From the sequence record MN895435.1: 64,000 nt of DNA; one strand, 5' to 3'. Positions 20,952-31,435 of the stretch are shown piece by piece (the stretch's first letter is position 1; each line of letters begins with the position of its first letter). The position numbers and the translations under genes are program-made. This DNA comes from Escherichia phage teqhal. Below the pieces are notes generated by a model that made no database searches, was not told the DNA's origin, and saw nothing but the letters and a program-made list of their open reading frames with translations.

Positions 20952-23009
20952 ATGGAACTTATTACAGAATTATTTGACGGCGCTTCGGCGCCGGTTGTTA
21001 ACTTAAATCCTAAGCATAAAATACCACAAATTTTTGCTATTCAAGCCGGCGAAGAAAGTGTGCTTCCTGGATTTAGATTTTGTACATACACCTCTGGCGG
21101 TGATACAAATAAAAACGTTAAGCCAGGCGATAAAATGATGCATATCGTAATGATAGGCGTCAACGAGAAATTATCGCTGGTTAAGCTTAGAAACTTGGGT
21201 GGAAATCCAATTGGCGTCATTAATGCGGTTTTTGATACTGCTCTTCAAACAATGAAGCAGTATAAAATCGACGCATGCTTATTCCGCGTACTAAAAAGTA
21301 AAACAAATGGCGCAGCTCGTCAAATGCAAGTTATTGCTGACCGTTTAGTACGTACTAAAGGAGCAGGTCGATATGTTCTTTTAAAGGAAATCTGGGATTA
21401 TGATAAAAAGTACGCATATATTATGGTTTACCGTAAAAATGCCAAATTAGAAGACATTCCAGGTGTACCTCCTATTTCAACTGAGTTATTCACAAAAGTT
21501 GAATCAAAGGTTGGTGATGTTTATGTAGACGTTAAAACAGGTAATGCTGTTCCTAAAGCTGTTGCTGTTGCTGCTTCTATTGCTTTAGAAAATGATAAGC
21601 GCACGGATCAAGCTGTTATTCAGAAAACTAAAATTAGTCGTCGATTAGCAGCGCAAGCTCAATATTCTACTGTTGATGCTTCACTTCAGGGTGATAGCTT
21701 CGCTGCTAAGAAATATCAAGAGTTTGAATCTAAAGTTCCGGTATATAAAGCAGAAGGACCAATGAACTCTGGCGTTATTCAGATTGGTTCAAACTTTAGC
21801 AAAGGAGCTATCGGTGGTATGAGAAGTGCTTCTCGTTTTAAATCTAGCGATTATGAACTAGAAAGTTTCCGAAATCATATTGCATTAGCCCATGCACGTT
21901 TACGTGATCCATCTATCAAGTTGCAGAGCGATATAACATATCAAGGTTCTCAAGAATATTTAAAGAATAAAGAATTCTTTGATTATAAAACTGATAAAAT
22001 TTTAAGCGATCTTGCTGATATTAATATTTCTAATAGCTTTGATGTTATTAAGAAAATTATCAATGATTTGGTTAAAGGTTCTAAAGCTACGCCAGATGAA
22101 AAGACAGCTATTATTCAATTTGTCATGAATGGCATTTATAAATTGATTAATGAATCTGCTGCTCAGGCATATGAATACGCAAGCACTGAAGTAACTCCAA
22201 AAGGACTGACTCAGGCTGAGTCTGATGTAATTGAAGATTATTGTGCAGATTCATATGTTGAAATGAACTCGTTCCTTTTGGGTAAACCAGATTCTACCCG
22301 TGAAGAATATATGGAACGAGCTATTAAGCACATTGAGACGTTGGATTCTGCATTCGCTAAAGGTTCAGTTCTTCCTCCAGGAACTACGCTTTATCGTGGA
22401 CAAGAAGTTACCTTTAAAACTTTGCGTCATAACATTGAAAACAAAATGTTCTATTTCAAGAACTTCGTATCGACATCGCTTAAACCAAATATCTTCGGTG
22501 AGCATGGTAAAAACTATATGGCTCTAGATGATTCCGGTGCAGTATTTTCTGGCGAAGGAGAAGGTTCTGTTGATGCAGAAGATTTAATGCATATGGGTAG
22601 TCATTCTGCATATGCTAATGAAGATGCTGAAACTAGCGTAGGTATGGTAATTAAAGGGGCTGAGCGAATCAAAGTTATCGTTCCAGGTCATTTATCAGGA
22701 TTTCCATCAGAAGCTGAAGTTATTCTACCACGTGGAATTTTGTTAAAGATTAATAAAGTAAGCACGTACATGATGAAAGAAACTGCTTATAACAAGTATC
22801 TAATCGAAGGCACAATCGTTCCTCCTTCTGACCAATTAGAAGAATCAGTATATGATGGCGACCATTTAATGGAAACTGGTGAAGTTCGTCCAATGGCTGG
22901 ATTTAATCAATTCCTTGTAGAAGAATCAAAAGAAGAGGAAAACGAAGTTTCTCAAATCTTGGCTTCTTTGGTTAACATCAACGGAATGTCTAAAAAGTTC
23001 AAAATGTAG
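20952..23009 (+). CDS. Alt-family ADP-ribosyltransferase paralogue, copy 2
   Basis: 685 aa, same N-terminus MELITELFD and conserved N-terminal ~230 aa; R-S-ExE motifs (YRGQ, VSTSL, EAEVILPRG); divergent middle region. Confidence 0.85.
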   Translation: MELITELFDGASAPVVNLNPKHKIPQIFAIQAGEESVLPGFRFCTYTSGGDTNKNVKPGDKMMHIVMIGVNEKLSLVKLRNLGGNPIGVINAVFDTALQTMKQYKIDACLFRVLKSKTNGAARQMQVIADRLVRTKGAGRYVLLKEIWDYDKKYAYIMVYRKNAKLEDIPGVPPISTELFTKVESKVGDVYVDVKTGNAVPKAVAVAASIALENDKRTDQAVIQKTKISRRLAAQAQYSTVDASLQGDSFAAKKYQEFESKVPVYKAEGPMNSGVIQIGSNFSKGAIGGMRSASRFKSSDYELESFRNHIALAHARLRDPSIKLQSDITYQGSQEYLKNKEFFDYKTDKILSDLADINISNSFDVIKKIINDLVKGSKATPDEKTAIIQFVMNGIYKLINESAAQAYEYASTEVTPKGLTQAESDVIEDYCADSYVEMNSFLLGKPDSTREEYMERAIKHIETLDSAFAKGSVLPPGTTLYRGQEVTFKTLRHNIENKMFYFKNFVSTSLKPNIFGEHGKNYMALDDSGAVFSGEGEGSVDAEDLMHMGSHSAYANEDAETSVGMVIKGAERIKVIVPGHLSGFPSEAEVILPRGILLKINKVSTYMMKETAYNKYLIEGTIVPPSDQLEESVYDGDHLMETGEVRPMAGFNQFLVEESKEEENEVSQILASLVNINGMSKKFKM

Positions 23010-23038
23010 TTTACAAGTTCCTTATGTTGTGTTATAGT
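23008..23038 (+). promoter_or_regulatory. early promoter, copy B of the duplicated ~60-bp element
   Basis: GTTTAC 23008-23013, spacer, TG-t-TATAGT; near-identical to 7188-7245. Confidence 0.6.
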
Positions 23039-23069
23039 AGTCTTACTGACATAACATGAGGAACACAAA

Positions 23070-23360
23070 ATGAAATCTTCTTTGCGCTTTTTAGGTCAAG
23101 AACTTGTAGTTGAAGGCGTTATTCCTGCTGATAACGCTTTTAATGAAGCAGTTTACGATGAATTTATTAAAATTTTTGGAACAGATAAAAAGTTCGGAAT
23201 TTTTCCTTCTGAAAATTTTTCAAAGTCAGAACAGACTGAAAGTATTTTTCAGGGTGTAGTAACAGGTAAATTTGAGTCAGAAGCTCCGGTAAAAATTGAA
23301 GTTTATATTGAAGACAGTTTAGTTGCTTCAGTTGCTGCTTTCATTTCATTCCGTAAATAA
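23070..23360 (+). CDS. hypothetical protein (96 aa)
   Basis: ORF with SD gagga downstream of the early promoter. Confidence 0.6.
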   Translation: MKSSLRFLGQELVVEGVIPADNAFNEAVYDEFIKIFGTDKKFGIFPSENFSKSEQTESIFQGVVTGKFESEAPVKIEVYIEDSLVASVAAFISFRK

Positions 23361-23364
23361 AAAT

Positions 23365-23386
23365 ATGGGGACCGAAAGGTCCCCAT
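23365..23386. terminator. bidirectional terminator hairpin between convergent genes
   Basis: atggggacc-gaaa-ggtccccat; U-run on the minus-strand side. Confidence 0.65.
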
Positions 23387-23388
23387 TG

Positions 23389-24354
23389 TTATATTGCTCC
23401 TAATATTTTACTTTGCGAATTGACAATTCCTGTCATAGTATTAATGTTTGAAATGCTTCCTGCAGTTCCACCTAATCTACTGAGTCGTGAAAGAGAATTA
23501 GATAGTCCAGTAACACCTCCACTATTTCCGAGAACGCTTTGAATACCATTTATAGCAGCAGATTCAAGCCATTCAAGCGCAGCTTGCCTATCAACTGCTC
23601 CAGCCTGCATGACTCTATACGCAAAAGTAACATCAAATGTAGTTATTTGGTTATCTCCATCATATGATAATTCAGGAGCGCTCACTGACATTGGAATGCA
23701 TCCGGTGAACATTACCGCAGTATGAGGTAATCCATTGCGAGAATGAAGATTAACCTGAATATCTGCCTCGACATCTTGTGGCAAAGCACGCAGTCCAGTT
23801 ACTGGGTCTTGAACAGCGTTAACCCAGTCTTGCATTGCACGATAGTTACAAGCTTCTGAATCCATTCTAAATGAAATAACCAAAGGGTCTAATTCTCTCC
23901 CAGTTATACGAATATTAGGAGAGTTGTAGTTCCAGTCAGTTTCATAGGATAATCTATTCTCTGGCATTTTTACAGAGTATATCATCAATCCAGATGAGTT
24001 ATATGCCATGTTAAAGAAGTCAATTAAATATGTACCAACTGTAAATGAGCCTAATAAACTTTGAACTGTACGTTGACTCATGGCACCAATAAGATATTTA
24101 CTAACCCCTGATTTTCTTATCAGTTTTTGTGTGCCAGCTGTAATTAGCGTGGTAATTCCCTGATTAATATCACCTTGAGTTAATCCTAGCCAATCTGAAT
24201 TTAGGCCCAAGTTATTATAAGAAAAGTTGCTAATTGAACTTATCAACGAAGAGCTTTTAGTTGATGGAGTTGTTGCAAAAACGCAGCTAAACATATTATT
24301 ACGTTGGAAATCTGCGTTTATTGCTTGATTATTAAATTCCTCTAAAGAATACAT
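23389..24354 (-). CDS. 54: baseplate tail-tube initiator
   Basis: 321-aa ORF; size and position as T4 gp54. Confidence 0.88.
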   Translation of the reverse strand: MYSLEEFNNQAINADFQRNNMFSCVFATTPSTKSSSLISSISNFSYNNLGLNSDWLGLTQGDINQGITTLITAGTQKLIRKSGVSKYLIGAMSQRTVQSLLGSFTVGTYLIDFFNMAYNSSGLMIYSVKMPENRLSYETDWNYNSPNIRITGRELDPLVISFRMDSEACNYRAMQDWVNAVQDPVTGLRALPQDVEADIQVNLHSRNGLPHTAVMFTGCIPMSVSAPELSYDGDNQITTFDVTFAYRVMQAGAVDRQAALEWLESAAINGIQSVLGNSGGVTGLSNSLSRLSRLGGTAGSISNINTMTGIVNSQSKILGAI

Positions 24355-25448
24355 TAAAAAGTCCCCGCATATAAAGAAGCACGGTTTAACGTGATAATTT
24401 CTCTCATAGTAATCTCGAGAGTAAATGTACTAGGGAGGTTTGGAGCAATAGCTAATCCGTTAAAGTTACCATTAGGTGTTTTGTCAAATCTGATACTCTG
24501 GATTTGACATGGGCCAAATATTTCCGTTTTTCCATCAAACTTAGATGTTGCACCAAAGTTTTTCACCATCCAAATTGTCGGGTTTGAAACTACTAGAACG
24601 TTAGTTAAACTCGATGTCATTTTCTCAAATAGTGTTTTATTTTTAGCTGCGTCTTCCGGAGATAAAGGTTCAATTAACGTAGAACGATACCAATCATCTA
24701 AATACCCCTTTATTTCAGCAGCATATTGAGATTTACCCGTTTCACCGTAAGAAAAATAGTTAAAATATTGATAGATATTAATAATAGCCATTAAATCTTC
24801 TGTTGAACGTGGAGTCAAATCCCATGTAAACACTTTAGTTCTATTTTCAGCACCACCATACATACTTCTGGCTGTCGTATAAATCTGTTCATTATTATCA
24901 GCCATTATACCTTGTGTTATACTTTCCAGTGCCCCAAATACTGCGGTTGAAGCAATATTACTTAGCACTCCAGTAGCAGTACCTCCGCCTCTACTGATAA
25001 GGCTTTCTTGAACATCATTAAATCTATGTGATGATGTATCAACATCAGATTTAGATCTCGGTAAAAGAATGTTTGCGATAGGAGCTTTACTTATTGTTCC
25101 TGAATTATTATTTGATATTAATCCATTTGATAGTTTTGACACTGTACTACTAATAGTGTTTCTGGCTGTACGTAAAATACTCGAAGATGAAGAAGAGTAG
25201 TTAGATCTCATCGATCTAAGACTTCCAGAATCCCTAGATGACATATTGTATGCAGTAAATAATAATCCATTCTTATACAGATCTGTTACCTGGAAGTCCC
25301 CTGTAGTGTCATTACCACTAGCACGCCCAGTTGGAAACTGGGCTGTGTATGTTTTAGTTCCTACTTCTGATTTAGTACTCTGTCCGGCTGAAATTTTCTC
25401 ACCGGACTTTTTAATTAAATCAGCAGTTATTTCTTTAACAATTGCCAT
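24354..25448 (-). CDS. 48: baseplate tail-tube cap
   Basis: 364-aa ORF; size and position as T4 gp48. Confidence 0.88.
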   Translation of the reverse strand: MAIVKEITADLIKKSGEKISAGQSTKSEVGTKTYTAQFPTGRASGNDTTGDFQVTDLYKNGLLFTAYNMSSRDSGSLRSMRSNYSSSSSSILRTARNTISSTVSKLSNGLISNNNSGTISKAPIANILLPRSKSDVDTSSHRFNDVQESLISRGGGTATGVLSNIASTAVFGALESITQGIMADNNEQIYTTARSMYGGAENRTKVFTWDLTPRSTEDLMAIINIYQYFNYFSYGETGKSQYAAEIKGYLDDWYRSTLIEPLSPEDAAKNKTLFEKMTSSLTNVLVVSNPTIWMVKNFGATSKFDGKTEIFGPCQIQSIRFDKTPNGNFNGLAIAPNLPSTFTLEITMREIITLNRASLYAGTF

Positions 25449-25456
25449 ATTATTCC

Positions 25457-27229
25457 TTAATTAACTCCAGTCGCATCAAATACACCAGGAGCAGTCGTGC
25501 TCGTTACGGGTGTCATATTATGAACGACAGTATTTTTCTTAATAACATTATTAGTATTATTGATCGAAGGAGATGCTTGTTGAACAGGAGCTTGCTGTGC
25601 TTTATTCTTTTCTATTACCTGGACTTGTTTTGCTTCTGGTGATTTAGCAGAAGTTTCAGGTTTGGCATTAGGCTGATTTTTCTTGAGCTCTTGATAAGTA
25701 GCATCAATTTTAGAAAATCTAGCAGCAAGTTCTTTTTTAACTGCCGGTGAATTATTTAAATCCGGGTCATCCATTCGTTTTTTAAGGTCTTCATAGGCAG
25801 CTTCAACTGATTTAACCGTTGAGTCTTTACTCATATCAGCTGAATCAGCATATTTTTCAAAACGAATCATCGCGGCACGTGCTTCATTAGCCTTCATTAA
25901 AGCATTTTTTCTTTCTTCAGGTGAAAGCTGCTTTAATTTTTCTTCTTCTGCTGCACGTTCTTCGTCGGTAGTTAGTGCTTCTTTATTATCAACCCCACGA
26001 ATCCAATTAGATGCACGAGTTTTCCAATTAGCAATTTTATCTAATCCTTTTGCTATCGGACCAAGGTCTCCATTCATTCGTTTATCTTGATAATTTGCAA
26101 CTTTTTCTTGGTCTTCTTTATTGAGAGATGCTCCAGTAGAATTTTGGAAATTTTCCAATGCTCTTCCTTCTACTTCATCAGCGGTATCCTTCATACCAGG
26201 AATGACTCGAAGAATTGCAGCAGATAATTTAGCCATACCTAATTGAATAAGCTCTCCTAAATTAAAAAGAACACTTCCGAGTCCTTCTACGATAGCTGCT
26301 GTCAATCCACCCCAATCTCCCGCTTCCCAAAGTTGTTTAATTTTATCAATAGAATCAAAGATGCTCTGTAATAAAGGACCCCAAGTTCCGGTTTCGCTAG
26401 AGAATTTAGTAAAGTCAGTATTAAATAAATCCCAGGCTTTTGAAAATTTATCTGACCAATATTTAAAGTGAACCATCAGCAGATCTATTCCAACAACAAC
26501 AGCCAATATCATTGCAGTCATTTTAGCGGCTTCAATAGCAGCACTGATGGTGTACTTAAATAACATGCTTGATATTTTATCACTAATTGAAATGGATTTC
26601 TTAAATCCAAAATCAACAGTCTTTGTTAATTTATCTAAAGCTTGAGATAATTTTAAGTTAAATGCTTCTTTTTTCTGTTTTTCTTCTGGCGATTCTTGTT
26701 TGGGTTCAACTGGTTGAGGGGTAGGGAAAAAATCAGCGTCAGGATCATTATTAACTGCTTCGGGAGCCGGTAATAAAGGACCCACAGATTCAGCGGTATC
26801 ATCCTCAACGACTTTAACAGGAATAGCGCTTTCAACCGTGGCTAAACTAGTTCCAGTCTGTTGAATTCCAGCTGTCTGAATTTTTTGCTCTAGTAAACTT
26901 GTTAATTTATCTAATTTGCTTCCGAGCGATTCGCCGATTTCTTTATTAATATTATTGCCAATTTCGACAGTTTCAGCAATTAACTCAGAACCAGCAGTAG
27001 TATCACTCACTGCGCTTTCTACATTGTCAATTGCTCCAATTATTTCATTCGATTTTTCTTCGACAGTTTGAGCAATTAATTCAGAAGCAGCTTGAGCATC
27101 ATCCAATTTCGTAGATATATCGTTAAGTCCAGATAAAGTATTAGAAGCGGATTTAGCCGCTTCCTGTGTTGGTTTATTATCTGAAATAACTTTTCTACGC
27201 ATCGTTTGCATTTCTTGTGGCTTTTTCAT
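25457..27229 (-). CDS. 29: baseplate hub / tail length determinator
   Basis: 590-aa ORF; size and position as T4 gp29. Confidence 0.88.
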   Translation of the reverse strand: MKKPQEMQTMRRKVISDNKPTQEAAKSASNTLSGLNDISTKLDDAQAASELIAQTVEEKSNEIIGAIDNVESAVSDTTAGSELIAETVEIGNNINKEIGESLGSKLDKLTSLLEQKIQTAGIQQTGTSLATVESAIPVKVVEDDTAESVGPLLPAPEAVNNDPDADFFPTPQPVEPKQESPEEKQKKEAFNLKLSQALDKLTKTVDFGFKKSISISDKISSMLFKYTISAAIEAAKMTAMILAVVVGIDLLMVHFKYWSDKFSKAWDLFNTDFTKFSSETGTWGPLLQSIFDSIDKIKQLWEAGDWGGLTAAIVEGLGSVLFNLGELIQLGMAKLSAAILRVIPGMKDTADEVEGRALENFQNSTGASLNKEDQEKVANYQDKRMNGDLGPIAKGLDKIANWKTRASNWIRGVDNKEALTTDEERAAEEEKLKQLSPEERKNALMKANEARAAMIRFEKYADSADMSKDSTVKSVEAAYEDLKKRMDDPDLNNSPAVKKELAARFSKIDATYQELKKNQPNAKPETSAKSPEAKQVQVIEKNKAQQAPVQQASPSINNTNNVIKKNTVVHNMTPVTSTTAPGVFDATGVN

Positions 27230-27759
27230 TCAAATAATCCAATAATATTGCCAATTCCAGTTATTGGACCATTAGGGCCAGGAATTGCTAAAGTTGTAAA
27301 AATATCATTTGCCCATTTTAAAACGAATGCTGGCATCTCAAGAAAATTAATTTCTTTAACTTCATCATTGACCTTAAGCAAGCATTTAGACAACATATCG
27401 CTCACCGTTAAAAATTGTTCAAATTTTCCAGGAGGTCTAAAATAAAATGTATTTCCTTGGTATTGAAATTCTAATCTTTGGCACACATAAACATCATTAA
27501 TGTCATAAGTATAGCCATCTATTTCTTTACGAGATTTAATCTTTCCATTAAATTCCAATAAATGAATAGAAACGAAATCAACTTCTGCCGGTGATAAATT
27601 CGGACAAATAGAATCAATAAGAAGTTTTAAATTTTCATCAGGACCTTTAACATCTTTTAAAATGTTATAATGCTTAAGACCCATTTTAGGAATAGAAACT
27701 TCTTTATTGCTTATTGGAAGAACTACTTTCTTCAGTGGTAGTATCAGATTTAAATTCAT
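27226..27759 (-). CDS. 28: baseplate hub distal subunit
   Basis: 177-aa ORF; overlaps the 3' end of gene 27 by 56 nt. Confidence 0.85.
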   Translation of the reverse strand: MNLNLILPLKKVVLPISNKEVSIPKMGLKHYNILKDVKGPDENLKLLIDSICPNLSPAEVDFVSIHLLEFNGKIKSRKEIDGYTYDINDVYVCQRLEFQYQGNTFYFRPPGKFEQFLTVSDMLSKCLLKVNDEVKEINFLEMPAFVLKWANDIFTTLAIPGPNGPITGIGNIIGLFE

Positions 27760-28879
27760 TTTTAACCTTAACTGGGTCTATTGTTTCCAGTTTCGTTGCA
27801 TTAGTGAACATATATAGATGAGTTACTGAATTATTATTGGATAATTCATGGATAACTTCATCAACGTAAAATTCTGTTTTAAATTGGTTTTTACTATCAT
27901 TAAAAATAATTTTAACGCCAGGAGTCAAGTTAAAATTACCGACAGTAGAACATTTAGCATAGCCGTCATATTGTGCCATAGTTTGAAGACGAATAGCTTC
28001 TTCATATCCATTCCTATAAGTCATTTCAGAATAAGCACCTGACCTTGACACTACAATAGAGTTTTCACCCTTTCCTGTAGTAATCATTGGTAATGAAGAA
28101 TCTAAAAATGAATGCGCATAGATAGTAGCGTTTTTCATTGGATCACGTTTGTGAGGATTCGATTTAGTCAACCAAACGAAATCATATGCTAATGGATATT
28201 TTAATTCTTGGACAAATTGACCTATTAAAGATGGCTCACCGACAATCATTGGATATGGTTCTTGATTTATCATCATATCATAGTCCATCATGTTAACTCC
28301 CATGATGTCTTGCCATACAAATACAAATTTGTCGCTTCCTACAGCTAGAGCAACTTCTCTTACATATGACAAATAGTTTTCAAATGTGCTAGTCCATGGA
28401 ATATCAGGAACATAAGCATTTATAGCATTTATTGCTGGAGTTAATAATGTACGGTCTTGATAAATGACACCAAGCATTTCTTTTATAGATTCACCTGCAT
28501 CAGGGAAAAATGGTCTACCAAATTTAAGATTTTCTATAGAATGAATAGTTCCCAATTCAATAGCAATGATGTTATCACCTTTTGAATCTACTGACACGGA
28601 AAAATGCTTACATCCATAAATTCGTGTTTTAACATTATTAATATCATTTGCATTAGCTACAGAAATCTGAATTATTTCATTTCCATCCATTTTTGTATGG
28701 ATGTTTTTAGAATCATAAAATTGCAGCATTCCTTCATTTCGGCCATAAAGAGAATCCCGCATAGTTAATGTAGTAATAGTAGCAGCTAATTCAACAAATC
28801 TATTATTACTCCAAGCGTCGTAGCTATCAAATAATTTAACGCTGAGATTTGGATATCCGGGGCGTTGCAACATACTCAT
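27704..28879 (-). CDS. 27: baseplate hub subunit
   Basis: 391-aa ORF; size and position as T4 gp27. Confidence 0.9.
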   Translation of the reverse strand: MSMLQRPGYPNLSVKLFDSYDAWSNNRFVELAATITTLTMRDSLYGRNEGMLQFYDSKNIHTKMDGNEIIQISVANANDINNVKTRIYGCKHFSVSVDSKGDNIIAIELGTIHSIENLKFGRPFFPDAGESIKEMLGVIYQDRTLLTPAINAINAYVPDIPWTSTFENYLSYVREVALAVGSDKFVFVWQDIMGVNMMDYDMMINQEPYPMIVGEPSLIGQFVQELKYPLAYDFVWLTKSNPHKRDPMKNATIYAHSFLDSSLPMITTGKGENSIVVSRSGAYSEMTYRNGYEEAIRLQTMAQYDGYAKCSTVGNFNLTPGVKIIFNDSKNQFKTEFYVDEVIHELSNNNSVTHLYMFTNATKLETIDPVKVKNEFKSDTTTEESSSSNKQ

Positions 28880-29628
28880 TATTGTTTATCCTTCTCAATC
28901 AGTTTTAATACGAATCCGCGCTCAGCAGGAATCATTTTCATTATTGAATTTAAGCTATAATTACTTTTTACGAGTGTGTGATTAATTTGATAAAAAGTAA
29001 ATATCTCATCTGGGTTAACTAATAGCTTAAACACGTCTACTATATCAGTGTATTTTTTAATGTACTTATTACAGCATGACATATGTAGAGTTAAATTAAT
29101 AGGATTCATTGCATCGAGAATTTTTTCTAATGTTTCTATCTCGATAGCATCAACAAGTTCTATTTGACTTGATTCACTAATTTCCTTCCAATCATACCAA
29201 ATTTCATCTACTTGGACGGAATGAATATTTTCAGTAATCATCTTTGCTTTATTTTCATAAAACTCAGAAGGAAACTTTAATTTAATTTTAACATTAGCTA
29301 CATCAAAAACAGGTTCCTTTAATTCTTTTTGATATATTTCAAATGGAACTGTCTTTTCTTTTTTACATTTTGGACATACAAATGTGACCGGTACTTTAGT
29401 TTTACCTATTGACCCTACAAATACCTGCAAAAATATAAATGGTTGCCAAGTCTTCGGATAGTCTCCAAAATAATCATCAATTAAATCAGTAATTATTTCT
29501 TTTTGTTCTTGTGGTGACCGATGCTCTATATCGTTTCGAACTAACAAAAAATCTCGATAATCTTCTACCGTAAATGGTTTAAAACGATGAACACCATCTG
29601 GTAATTTACAACGAATAATGTTTGCCAT
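28879..29628 (-). CDS. 51: baseplate hub assembly catalyst
   Basis: 249-aa ORF; size and position as T4 gp51. Confidence 0.88.
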   Translation of the reverse strand: MANIIRCKLPDGVHRFKPFTVEDYRDFLLVRNDIEHRSPQEQKEIITDLIDDYFGDYPKTWQPFIFLQVFVGSIGKTKVPVTFVCPKCKKEKTVPFEIYQKELKEPVFDVANVKIKLKFPSEFYENKAKMITENIHSVQVDEIWYDWKEISESSQIELVDAIEIETLEKILDAMNPINLTLHMSCCNKYIKKYTDIVDVFKLLVNPDEIFTFYQINHTLVKSNYSLNSIMKMIPAERGFVLKLIEKDKQ

Positions 29629-29645
29629 AGATGCTCCTTTTATTC

Positions 29646-29653
29646 TATTTATA
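29646..29653 (-). promoter_or_regulatory. late promoter for gene 51 (TATAAATA on minus strand)
   Basis: TATTTATA on plus strand, 18 bp upstream of the gene 51 start. Confidence 0.7.
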
Positions 29654-29657
29654 AATA
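29650..29657 (+). promoter_or_regulatory. late promoter for gene 26 (TATAAATA), overlapping the divergent gene 51 promoter
   Basis: TATTTATAAATA contains both orientations; 21 bp upstream of the gene 26 ATG. Confidence 0.7.
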
Positions 29658-29678
29658 TGATAAATAAAGGAGCTAAAT

Positions 29679-30305
29679 ATGTATGAATACAAATTTGACG
29701 TGAGAGTTGGTTCTAAAATAATCAACTGTCGCGCATTTACTCTTAAAGAATATCTAGAACTTATTACTGCTAAAAAGAACGGTTCAGTAGAAGAGATCGT
29801 TAAAAAGCTAATTAAAGACTGTACAAATGCAAAAGATTTAAACCGCCAAGAATCAGAACTATTGTTGATTCATTTATGGGCGCATTCTCTTGGAGAAGTT
29901 AATCATGAAAACTCCTGGAAGTGCACCTGCGGAACTGAAATACCAACCCATATAAATCTATTACATACACAAATAGATGCACCAGAAGACCTCTGGTATA
30001 CACTGGGTGACATTAAAATTAAATTCCGATACCCTAAAATTTTTGATGATAAAAATATAGCCCACATGATAGTATCATGTATAGAAACGATTCACGCTAA
30101 CGGGGAAAGCATTCCAGTTGAAGACTTAAATGAAAAAGAGTTGGAAGATTTATATTCTATCATCACAGAGTCAGATATTGTAGCTATAAAAGATATGCTT
30201 TTAAAGCCTACTGTTTATTTGGCTGTTCCAATTAAGTGTCCAGAGTGTGGAAAAACTCACGCTCATGTAATAAGAGGGCTCAAAGAATTCTTTGAGCTAT
30301 TGTAA
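29679..30305 (+). CDS. 26: baseplate hub subunit
   Basis: 208-aa ORF; size and position as T4 gp26. Confidence 0.85.
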   Translation: MYEYKFDVRVGSKIINCRAFTLKEYLELITAKKNGSVEEIVKKLIKDCTNAKDLNRQESELLLIHLWAHSLGEVNHENSWKCTCGTEIPTHINLLHTQIDAPEDLWYTLGDIKIKFRYPKIFDDKNIAHMIVSCIETIHANGESIPVEDLNEKELEDLYSIITESDIVAIKDMLLKPTVYLAVPIKCPECGKTHAHVIRGLKEFFELL

Positions 30306-30703
30306 TGGCAAATATTAATAAGCTTTATTCTGACATTGACCCAGAAATGAAAATGGATTGGGACAAAGATGTTTCAAGATCTCTTGGATTAAGGTCAATT
30401 AAAAATAGCCTTTTAGGAATTATTACAACCAGGAAAGGGTCAAGGCCATTTGACCCAGAATTTGGATGCGATTTATCTGATCAGCTTTTTGAGAATATGA
30501 CTCCTCTTACTGCTGATACTGTTGAGCGTAACATTGAAAGCGCAGTAAGAAACTACGAGCCACGTATTGATAAATTAGCAGTTAATGTAATACCGGTTTA
30601 TGATGATTATACTCTAATAGTAGAAATACGCTTTTCAGTCATCGATAACCCTGATGATATTGAGCAGATAAAACTGCAACTGGCTTCTAGTAACAGAGTA
30701 TAA
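30305..30703 (+). CDS. 25: baseplate wedge subunit (gp25, lysozyme-like fold)
   Basis: 132-aa ORF; size and position as T4 gp25. Confidence 0.88.
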   Translation: MANINKLYSDIDPEMKMDWDKDVSRSLGLRSIKNSLLGIITTRKGSRPFDPEFGCDLSDQLFENMTPLTADTVERNIESAVRNYEPRIDKLAVNVIPVYDDYTLIVEIRFSVIDNPDDIEQIKLQLASSNRV

Positions 30704-30729
30704 TGCTTCACGTATAAACGTGGTATAAT
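30702..30729 (+). promoter_or_regulatory. middle promoter (MotA box AATGCTTCA plus -10 TATAAT) upstream of uvsY
   Basis: MotA box 30702-30710, 13-nt gap, TATAAT 30724-30729. Confidence 0.65.
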
Positions 30730-30769
30730 GAATCTAAGTCCATCCAATAACAATTGAATAGAGAACAAT

Positions 30770-31183
30770 ATGAGATTAGAAGATCTTCAAGAAGAATTGA
30801 AGAAAGATGTGTTTATAGATTCGACTAAATTACAGTATGAAGCAGCTAATAATGTGATGTTATATAGTAAATGGCTCAATAAGCATTCAAGTATTAAAAA
30901 GGAAATGCTTAGAATTGAAGCACAGAAAAAAGTTGCTCTTAAAGCTAAATTAGACTACTACTCGGGACGAGGAGATGGTGATGAATTTAGTATGGACCGT
31001 TATGAGAAATCAGAAATGAAGACAGTTCTATCAGCTGATAAGGATGTTTTAAAAGTTGATACTTCATTACAATATTGGGGAATTTTATTGGATTTCTGTA
31101 GCGGAGCTCTTGATGCTATTAAATCACGCGGATTTGCTATTAAGCATATTCAAGACATGCGAGCATTTGAGGCTGGAAAATAA
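30770..31183 (+). CDS. uvsY: recombination mediator UvsY
   Basis: 137-aa ORF MRLEDLQEELKKDVFIDSTKLQYEAANN...; size and position as T4 UvsY. Confidence 0.9.
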   Translation: MRLEDLQEELKKDVFIDSTKLQYEAANNVMLYSKWLNKHSSIKKEMLRIEAQKKVALKAKLDYYSGRGDGDEFSMDRYEKSEMKTVLSADKDVLKVDTSLQYWGILLDFCSGALDAIKSRGFAIKHIQDMRAFEAGK

Positions 31184-31407
31184 TGAAATATAGCATTGAT
31201 GATGCTTTTAATTATGAAGAAGAATTCGAAACGGAAATTCAATTCTTAATGAAAAAGTATAATCTCAAGCGTCAGGATATTCGTATCCTGGCCGACCACC
31301 CATGCGGTGAAGATGTACTTTATGTTAAAGGAAAATTTGCTGGATATCTTGATGAATATTTTTATTCTAAAGATATGGGTATTGATATGCATATGAGAGT
31401 TATATAA
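31183..31407 (+). CDS. hypothetical protein (74 aa, T4 uvsY.-1 position)
   Basis: ORF. Confidence 0.6.
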   Translation: MKYSIDDAFNYEEEFETEIQFLMKKYNLKRQDIRILADHPCGEDVLYVKGKFAGYLDEYFYSKDMGIDMHMRVI

Positions 31408-31410
31408 ATA
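31403..31410 (+). promoter_or_regulatory. late promoter motif TATAAATA
   Basis: Exact TATAAATA 25 bp upstream of the small ORF at 31436. Confidence 0.55.
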
Positions 31411-31435
31411 GATATATAATTTAGAGGAGACAATC

